A DNA stretch of 64,000 nt from the human T2T-CHM13v2.0 reference genome, Homo sapiens. The stretch lies in NCBI RefSeq assembly GCF_009914755.1, contig NC_060937.1; one strand, given 5' to 3'. Both the position numbers and the translations under genes were made by a program. Below the pieces are notes generated by a model. The model saw nothing but the letters and a program-made list of their open reading frames with translations, was not told the DNA's origin and ran no database searches. The number at the start of each line of letters is the position of its first letter. Positions within the stretch are counted from its first letter, which is position 1. Shown here piece by piece: positions 54,721 to 64,000 of this stretch.

Positions 54721-55919
54721 CAGACAAAACCACAAAGTTGGCATTTGAATTATATCTAAAAAATAAGGAGAGGGGTCTATTTTCAACAATCATCTTTCCT
54801 GCATTGGAACTTTGCAAGTCATTTATGAATGCTCACAGACACTCATGCCTAGCAGAAACATGGCAAATACTCTTTTTTTAAAAAATATCTTGTTAATTTG
54901 TTCTGTCAATTAATCATTCAATGAATTCCTTCATTCAATAACCATTGAGTGCCTATCATATGACAACCATTGTTGAGCAATGGGGACCTAACAGTCATGT
55001 GGAGGTGACAGGCAAGTATGCTAAGTGTTCCAGTGGTGATGAATCCACAGAGAGCATGACTGACAAGAGGAGAGGTGCCTAGCCCACACTTGTGGGTTCA
55101 GGAAGGGTGTAGGGAACTGGAGTGGGCATGTGTTCAGGCCCCAGGTTACTGTCTGCATAAAACTGAGTAAGCCTGGCATTTGCCTTTCAACCTAGTGAGA
55201 TAATTACCCCATAAACAGCAACTGAGAACTGAATTTGAAAGTGCAGTGTGCATTATCAAATGCCAGGGGCACAGTAGAGGGAGTGATTGACTCTGCCTGA
55301 AGTGCATTTGGGAGGGGTGATGATATGGCTGGAGAGAGGGCTTAACCAAGGAGCTGACAAAGGAGGTAAGTCTTGCAGGATGAGGAGATTATCTCTACCC
55401 AGAGAAGGAAGGGACAGTTAATCTAGGCAAACACCCAAGAAGCATGCGGGCGCAGGGCTCCGGATACCTGGGATACAGGTTGTTCACGAGACACTGGTGA
55501 TAGAGTGCAGAGGGAGGTGAGCCTCTCATGGGAAAATCCCAGGACTTACCTGCTGATGAGTGTAATGGTGTTATGTTAACATTTAATGTCCTGATTCTGA
55601 TGGTTGTTCACAAAGAAGTTCTAATCCTTCAGGGTATCCCATGCCCAAAGTCTTTCCCAGATATTTCTGGGAACTTTCCCTTTCCCCAAGAGGCATCTGT
55701 TTTGCCTAGACCCAGGATCAACTAGTCTCAGTCTTCTACCCTAGTGGCCTCATTGAGTTTCCTTGAGTTCACCACTGCTGACTGTGGCCTCCACCGAATG
55801 TTTTCTGCCTAGCCCAGGGTACTTTCTTTGGTGGCCTCTTTCAACTCTTAAGGCACCAGATCTGTGACTGCAAATGGGGTCGTGGGGATAGATCAAGCTG
55901 TCTCCTCTATTCCTTCACC

Positions 55920-55938
55920 TGTGTGTGTGTGTGTGTGT

Positions 55939-55983
<45 letters not shown>
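55920..55983. repeat. Compound (TG)n(AG)n microsatellite
   Basis: Direct reading. Confidence 0.95.
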
Positions 55984-55984
<1 letters not shown>

Positions 55985-58569
55985 CCTGTGAGGTTGTATT
56001 TCTCGAAATTGGAATCTTATATTCTCTCCTGAATACACTTCTCTTTCCTTATTAGGACTTAAAGTCATCCTCCAGGCCCAAAGGGAAGACATTTACCATT
56101 CCACTGTCTTCTCTGACTTTATCTCTCCCACTGATACACAGGCATCATTATTAATGCACCATTATCTTCCTCTTGTTTTTGTCAACAATGACCAAAAAAT
56201 CCCTGAATGCATATGAAGAAATGAAAACAGATACTTGGTCAGGGAATGTCTGCCTCGTGTCCTATCCTTCTGGTTCTCAATTTTGGCCCAGCCAGCAGCT
56301 TTGCAAGGTCTCTCATTGCCTAGCTGAGAAGTTCCAACATTCAAGAAACAATTATTGAACATAACTGACTCTTCTGTAGGAAAGGAGGCTGCTAAGGGTA
56401 GCCTCATTTGTTTGATGTCAGGTGAATTGTGTAATCAGATCTTAGAGGAACCTGTGGATTTTAAAAGAGAGGTATGGCAGGAAGACCAAGTAGGAGCCTT
56501 TGCGGCCATCAGGATGAGGCATGATAGATGCTTAAGCTAGGAAAGTGATTGGTAGGGATGCAGTGATGGGGACAGAACTGAATAAACTATAGGGGCAGGA
56601 GAAGTTGGAGACAGATTCGGTTCAGGAGAGCACAGGATAGATGGTGACTGTGAAGTTTGTCTTGAGAGAGTTGGGTGGTTGTTGATGAGATGGGCATCAA
56701 CTGACCCATTTTACATAGAGGTTAAGTGATTTGTCCAAGGTCAGTGAACATACTGATAGCTGCATTATGTGTTCATATTGTGCTAGAAACTCCAAACAAG
56801 AATAGTTGCTACTTCATTACCCCCATGGCCTTTTCCCATTATATTAAAACTTCTACACACAGAACATACTCAAATAATTTTCTAAAATGTCATTAAAATT
56901 AAAAAGGTACTTAAAAGGACATATGAGAAGCTACATTCAATAAGTACAGAAATAAATTAGAGATGAGAAAATATTAAAATACCTGACCTGCGTGGGTATC
57001 TGCATAATATTTAAAATGATCTCATCCATTTAGTTCTAGTGTTTGGTGTCCTTATCTGAAATATGAAAAATGTTCTCACAGAGAGGCAGGCGAACTGAAG
57101 GAGGATATCTTAATATACAGTGAAATATAAATTAAAAAGCCTTCTAAAGCTATTAGTAAAAGTAGTGAAATACATTAACAGGTGCATAGGTTCAACTTTG
57201 GATGAATGTTCTTTGAAATCGGATTCATCACCAAAATTAATCTGAGAGGTGTCAAATCTGTGCTGGGTTAAAGAGGTGACAAATGGGAAGACTTCATTGA
57301 AGTTCCAAATTGTAAAGGGATCAGAATTAATAATGCTCTGTCACGGGTAACCCGAACACACAGGAGTTTAAGGAATTCACATCTTGGAGAAGAAACCTGG
57401 AATATTGCTGTTGAAAAGAGAAGTCTGGTCATCAGTTGGATTGATCTGTCTTATGAATAACTTCAAATTGACTACAAATAACCACAAAAATAGATTTCTT
57501 TTATGTTAGTGGGGCTTATGTATTTCAACAAACCAGTCAAGTCTTTCTCTTAAGAGTGGAATAAATACAGTATTTTTCTCCCCCATGAATCATTTAAACC
57601 CATACATATCCATGTTTTATTTCTACTCCTTAAAGGCTCTACCTGTTTATTTAATTCAGAGCTTCTTGGAGATGATGCACCTTAGAAGCACCAATCTTCA
57701 TTCATCAGTGGCTTTCATTATGGGCTCTTCATTCATACAGTCTCACATTATGAAAATGAGCATAAAGAGAAGAAGGAGGCGGGGAATGCTACACACTCCA
57801 AATATCTATCTCTCTCCAAATACCTAAAATAACATATATCTTTTTCTTATTCACAAAAACATATCCTTTGGTCAATTCGCAGGCAGATTTTCATGTTCTA
57901 AGTGATGAGTTCAGGGTGATCTATTAATGGGACACGTGCACATCTCTTCCTCATGATCTCAAGGGTTAGGCAGACAATCTTGTAGCACACTGCTTCAGGG
58001 AACAGTGGGGAGGGATATGGCTGATGTGTCTTCTGAGCTGGGTTTGCTACACTTTTCTGCAAAGAACAAAGCCGAAGCTGACATTTGAGCCTGCCAACCA
58101 ACTTCGCCTCATGGATTCATAGGATGAGTGACTGCCAAAGGTTTAGCAACTCTGTAACTGACATTTTCCCCCATGAAATGGAATTTCTGAAGAACTGGAA
58201 TAGTTTTAGGAAGACTCAGTAGACTTGAAGTCTTCAACGAAGCACCTACCCCCTCTCCTGGTGATGCCTGTATCTATAGGAATAATTCTTGCTTGCGGTA
58301 TCAGAGTGTATTCTAGAGTTACTTGGTGTATGGTTCCAGAGTTTCATTCCCCACCCAAAACCCTTTCCTATAAGCATGATTAAAAATGAGGAAGGAGGGA
58401 AAAAAGGAAGAAGGGACAGGTTAAAAAAAACTAGGTCAAAGGAACTTTCCATCTCTTGCCCACCCTCCTTCCATACTCTTTTTATGTCTTGTATCATTTA
58501 TGCTTTTGAGTATCTAATAGGCATCGTACCTAATATCTTTATAGAATTTTTGATTCTCATCCGTTGAAC

Positions 58570-59070
58570 CTGTCATTTCTTCTTATCTCAATAATGGAAC
58601 CACCATCTTCCCAATTACTCAACCCAAAAGTCTAGATGCTATTTTTGGTTTTAATTTCAATCCCTTTGCCTGCTTGGATCTGGGAGTCTTTAGATTCTTC
58701 TAAGCTTATTCTCACCTTAGCAGTTTGTGCCAGCTGTTAACTCTGCTTACAGTAAGATTCCCCAAGAATTTTGCAAGGTTGGCATCTTTTTCTTATTCAA
58801 ATATCACCGCTTTTGGAAGAACTTCCCCCATCACCAAATTTAAAATCATCTAATTGAAAGTATTCACATTGCGACTGTTTATCACAGCACTCCACTATAA
58901 TTTTGTTACGACATAGCACTATTTGTTTTTCTGCTTCTTCCTCACAAAAACCTGTGTTAAGGTCACAAGAATAGGGACCTTATCATTCTTAATCTTTGTC
59001 ATAACCCTGACACTAGACTAGAGCCTGGCACAGAGTGAATACTCATTATAATATTTATTGGATGACAAAA
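58570..59070 (+). mobile_element. L2 3' fragment
   Basis: caccatcttcccaattactcaacccaaaa ... agagcctggcacagagtgaatactca...atatttattggatga. Confidence 0.7.
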
Positions 59071-59180
59071 TTAACAACTTTTAATTATAGTAAACCTTCA
59101 GTTCTTATATCTTAGTGTTTGAGTATGATAGTGTTTGTCTATAATATGTGTGAATAATTTGTTTTCAATTACTCTTAAGT

Positions 59181-59400
59181 TGTGGCAGTCATGGAGATGG
59201 GACACTTGGATTTCCCTTCAAGAAAGAACTTGCCCTTCAGCTGCAGGGGCTGCAGTTAGCTGACAGCTTCCATTGTTACTGCCATCAAGGTTAACGTCAG
59301 CTTGGAAAAATGAGGCCAACTCTTCTGGGGCAGGCTCCAACCAAGGGGGAATACCAGGTTTAGTTCTGCCTAAGACAGATCACCACTCACAAGAAATGTC
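59181..59400 (+). mobile_element. ERVL LTR16-like fragment
   Basis: tgtggcagtcatggagatg...cccttcaagaaagaacttgc...gcagttagctgacagc (recalled similarity). Confidence 0.45.
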
Positions 59401-59637
59401 CCTCTAAAAGGAAATCCTTAATCTGGAGTTTCTGTGGGCTAAGACTTTGTTAGATGGCTTGGTGGAGACTTTATTAGGACTGCATAAGGGATGTTGCTTA
59501 CCAGATTGGCTTATTTGCGGCCACAGAACTTTTGTATGACTATTAGTTAAGAGTCCTTTGTTTAACTGATAAAAACAAGGGTGGAAGAAAACAAGCAAAC
59601 AGTCATTGAGAACCTGCTCTGTGCCAGGCTGTTTTAA

Positions 59638-60030
<393 letters not shown>

Positions 60031-60694
60031 TAGAAATTTCAAAAGATTTAATAACAAACTGTTGTTTGGTTATGTAAGTACTGAAGCTAGGATTCAGGAT
60101 TTGGGCTCTCTGATTCGAAAGCCCTTATTTTTTCAAACTCACCATGCTGTCTCCATCTGGAACGACTCTCAATTCAGGATCTTATAAGGGCAGCAAAAGG
60201 ACAAGATGGGAACTAATAAACCTACATTCTAGAGTAAAATATTTAATTTATGATCAAAATTTGAGCAAACATACATAATACAGCAAATGAGATACAATCC
60301 ATGGTATGACTTTCTGTTAATTCCAATTACCCATCTTTTGTATTTTTGCAATGGTTCAGTTGAGAACACTATGCATTGTTCCATCCACCTCCTAGAACTG
60401 TCTCTTTGTCCTTAAGATAATGGAAACCGAACACATTTCCTAGGCTCACTTGCAGCTGGGACTGTGTACATGATGAGGTTCCACTAATCAGGTGCATGCA
60501 TGGGACACTTTCATTTGGAACACATCTATTTGCTGTCACAGATCATGGCCGAGCCTACATGATTTAGGAGTGAGTTGCTCTGGCAGGAGCTTCCTTGGTG
60601 GTCAGTTCTGGGCTGTGATTCTTGAGAAGAATTCTTAAAACCTCATTCTAGAATCATCTGTTTACCTGTTTCTTCAGCCCTTTAATGATTCTGC

Positions 60695-60696
<2 letters not shown>

Positions 60697-60728
<32 letters not shown>

Positions 60729-60759
60729 TATACACACACACTCATACACACACACACAC
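60697..60759. repeat. (CA)n microsatellite, interrupted
   Basis: Direct reading. Confidence 0.95.
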
Positions 60760-61796
60760 CTCCTGTATATAATATTCCACAGTATTGAATTTATTTTTCT
60801 TTAAACTTACTAGATTACAAAGTTTCAATTAAGAACTTTGATCAAGCAGCTCATAATCTTAGGCCTGTTTTGTGAGGAATGAGATGCTCTCTTTAAAAGT
60901 AAGAGCTAAGTTATTAAATCACAGAAAAACTTCAGTCTATCTGTTGGTGATTGCACAAAATCTCCATCTCAATGATAAGTTTCCATGAACCACATTGCTA
61001 TAACTCTTGCCACTTTGCTACTCAGATTGATTATTGCACAGGTTTGTGAGTAATAATACTAGACCTTAGGTCATCACTTTCCTAAGGGGTGCACAATGCA
61101 AAATTCTAGTTGCAGATGTTCACGGCAAAAAAAAAGCCTTCTACTTTCCATCTTTTTTTCCTCTAGGCTGTTTCCCTAATTTAGGCCTCAGAACTGGTAG
61201 GTAATTTAAAGGCTATATTTCCTTTGTCTCAAAGAGTAGTGCCTGAAAATATGTCCCTCTTTCTGGTTAGAAGTTGAAGGATGCTAGTATTTCTTGTGTC
61301 TCATTGCCAACCCCTTCCCCCAACCCCCCAGCATCCTTCTTTCTTGTCTCCATAATAGCACTGTGGTTACAATTTTGTGCTTATCTTATTTGGGCTATCA
61401 TGTGTATGGCCCTGTAAATCACAGTGTATATTAGTCTGAACTCACATTATAACACACTCTGCAAGATAATGTCCATGAATGGGAAGACTGCAAAACTGGA
61501 AGATACTATGCAAATGTTGGTTTTTCTTCTTGGCTTAATTCCTGATGGAATTAGAGTTACAGAATTATAGAATCTTAGAAATCATCTTGGTCTGTTGTTT
61601 TATAAAGAGTTTCATAGAGTCCCAACACATCATAAGAATGCCTTAGAGCCTTCTTGGGGGGATCAGAGCTTCTCACCTCACTTCGGCCCAAGTGGTTCTA
61701 CCATTGCCTCATTTTTATTCTGCTGCTAAAAGCAGTTTGAAAAATCACTGATCTCATTGCATCCTTAGCCCATGTATTAATTCCCTTTATAATCTC

Positions 61797-62182
61797 TGAT
61801 AGGGTTTAGATGTGTGTCCCCTCCTGTTGAAATGTGATCCCCAATGTTGGAGGTGGGCCTAGTGGGAGGTATTGAATCATGGGGGCAGATCCATCATGAA
61901 TGGCTTAGTGCCATCCCCTTGGTGATCAGTGAGTTCTCACTCAGTCAGTTCATGTAAGATCTGGTTGTTTAAGAGTCTGGGGCCTCCCCATTCTCTCTCT
62001 TGCTCCCTCTTTTGCTCTGTGACATGCCTACTCCTGCTTTACCTTCCGCCATGAGTAAAGGCAAGCAGATACCGGCACCATCCTTCCTGTACAGCCTGCA
62101 GAACTGCGAGCCAATTAAACCTCTTTTCTTTATAAATTACCCCCGGGCATTTATTTATAGCAACACAAGAATGGACTAACAC
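61797..62182 (+). mobile_element. MSTB-like LTR
   Basis: tgatagggtttagatgtgtgtcccc...tgttgaaatgtgatccccaatgttggagg...atggactaacaca. Confidence 0.9.
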
Positions 62183-62194
62183 AACCTCTCTCAT

Positions 62195-62275
62195 AGCTAG
62201 TTGTCCAACCTTTGCTTGAAAATATCCAGTGACAGGGAGCTCATTACTTAATGATGCAGCTCACTGTATTTGAAG
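62195..62275. mobile_element. CR1/L3 fragment
   Basis: tccaacctttgcttgaaaatatccagtgacagggagctcattac, a typical L3/CR1 motif. Confidence 0.55.
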
Positions 62276-62924
62276 ACTGTTTTGTTGTTATTATTTCATA
62301 ATTCTGTCTCATAGCTAGAAATTCTAACTGATTTCATTGTTGGGGTCTGGTTAATTAAGGCTTTCCTCTGTAATTTTTTTTATGCACAGATAATCATTCT
62401 AAGGCATTTTAGTAATTCACACCCTTATTTTATGCCCTTTCTGGGTAGGGATGAGGGTGGATATATTACCCCACCACTTTCATTTATACATCTTAATGAT
62501 ATATAAAACACCTAAAAGGTGACAGTGAGTTACCATAGGCAATTAAACAGATAATATTGTGGTTCATGAGATGCAGAACTGAGGTGGGTAGGCAGAGAAA
62601 AGAAGGGGCAGATGCATATATCGAGGGCCTACTTTTTGCTAAACCCATCATATATTTTTTCCATATTCGACTCTTACAAAAATCAAACTTAGGTGCAATT
62701 ATCTTGAAGTCCAGATGCATTAAGAAAATAGTGTAAAACTTAACAGCTAGCAAGTAGTGGAGTTGGGATTTTAACCCAGATTAGATTCTGAAATCCGAGT
62801 TCTTTCTTCTTTCTTCCACTTCAGAAGGAAATTTTCAGTCCTTCGACTGGCGACCACTGACATCATTATTATGGCATTGTTGTAATAATACATAGAATCC
62901 TGCAGTCAATAATGTCTGCTTAAA

Positions 62925-63065
62925 AATTTCCTCTTCCTGCCTCTTTTGGCTTATCTGCAAAATGGACATAATAATCACAGCTATTTCACAGGCTTTTTAT
63001 GAAGAGTAAAAAAGCAATGATAAGTTATGTCCTCAGTGTCTTTCTGGCACATAGTTAGCCTGGGA
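62925..63065 (+). mobile_element. MIR
   Basis: ttatctgcaaaatggacataataatc...tctggcacatagt. Confidence 0.65.
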
Positions 63066-64000
63066 TTTCTGTTAACTTTGTATGATTATTTATGCCATGC
63101 CGTGTCCCTCACTGAGTAAAATTAGAAAGCACAAAATCACATATAGCTGAAAGAAGATCTAAAGAAAAAAATTCATGTGTTAAAATGTCTTAAATCTCTT
63201 TTCTGCCTCGGAACTGCATTGGATTGAATTATGATATCGGGGGCAGGGGCTGGGCATGGGGGTGGGAGGCAGTGGAAGTGGAGGAGAAGACACCATCTAG
63301 TTGCTTCTAGGCTAAGGAGGACCCTGGAGGGTATCTCCACTCTGTAGTTTAGCACTCTGGATATGTGGATATCAGAGAAAAAGAGCCCAGTTGATAGGCA
63401 CACCAGGCCAGTTCAAAGGCATCACCGTGGCACCAGTTTTATCCTCTTTCTATTCATGACCCTCTGATTCAGGAAACAAATCCATTAAACCAAACAGGAT
63501 TAAGCTGCAAAGCCCAGCTTGTGATGTGGTTGTCAGGCAGCAGTTTCCCTGCTGGTGTTAACGGGCTGTGGTGCAGAATCCTAACCTCAGGCTGTCCTAC
63601 CACCCGGGCAAGCGTGAGGCCGAGGGCCAAGGAACACCACACACTTCCCTAATGTGTCACAATTACGGAGACAACTGTGCTAAGTAATCTTCCACGGATC
63701 TGCTCTGAAAACTTGCAGTGTGTTCAACAGCCCTCAAAATTTTTCATTTGGAACCTGTGGTGAGGTGGTCTGGTGGCGGTTATACTGAGCTGTGCTAGAA
63801 TAAATACAGTCACCTCCAGAGATGTTTTTCCTCCCCTTTGGAGTGTATAGTTTGTAAAAGAATTTGGGTTCCTTTTCAGCATCATTTGTATCTCAATTTA
63901 GCACATTGAAAGAGGAGGAAGAGAGGTTGCAAAGATAGCACAAGTGCTAGTGGCTGCAGAACCGGATCTTGTACATTGCTAAGAATCAGGCGTCTGCCTC

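Overview
Primate (most likely human) genomic DNA, AT-rich and dominated by interspersed repeats (Alu, old L1, L2, MIR, MaLR and ERV9 LTRs). There is no intact protein-coding gene. The one genic feature is a disabled delta-2 protocadherin locus on the + strand inside a CpG island, most likely PCDH8P1 on 13q14 (identification from memory). Read by hand it is a three-exon, intron-containing gene spanning about 25600-32814, with phase-compatible GT-AG junctions. It is a mosaic. The centre (about 25813-27300) is nearly identical to human PCDH8. The N-terminus, EC6, TM segment, exon 2 and exon 3 (ending ...SENATSF*) instead resemble Xenopus paraxial protocadherin (PAPC) as I recall it. The best reading is a dead ortholog of an ancient PAPC-type paralog, partly overwritten by gene conversion from PCDH8. 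Two structurally odd retroelement insertions were also found: an LTR12 with a U5 end at both termini inside one 4-bp TSD, and a 5'-inverted (twin-primed) AluY. All protein and repeat-consensus comparisons are from memory, not database searches. Subfamily names and the boundaries of old repeats are approximate.
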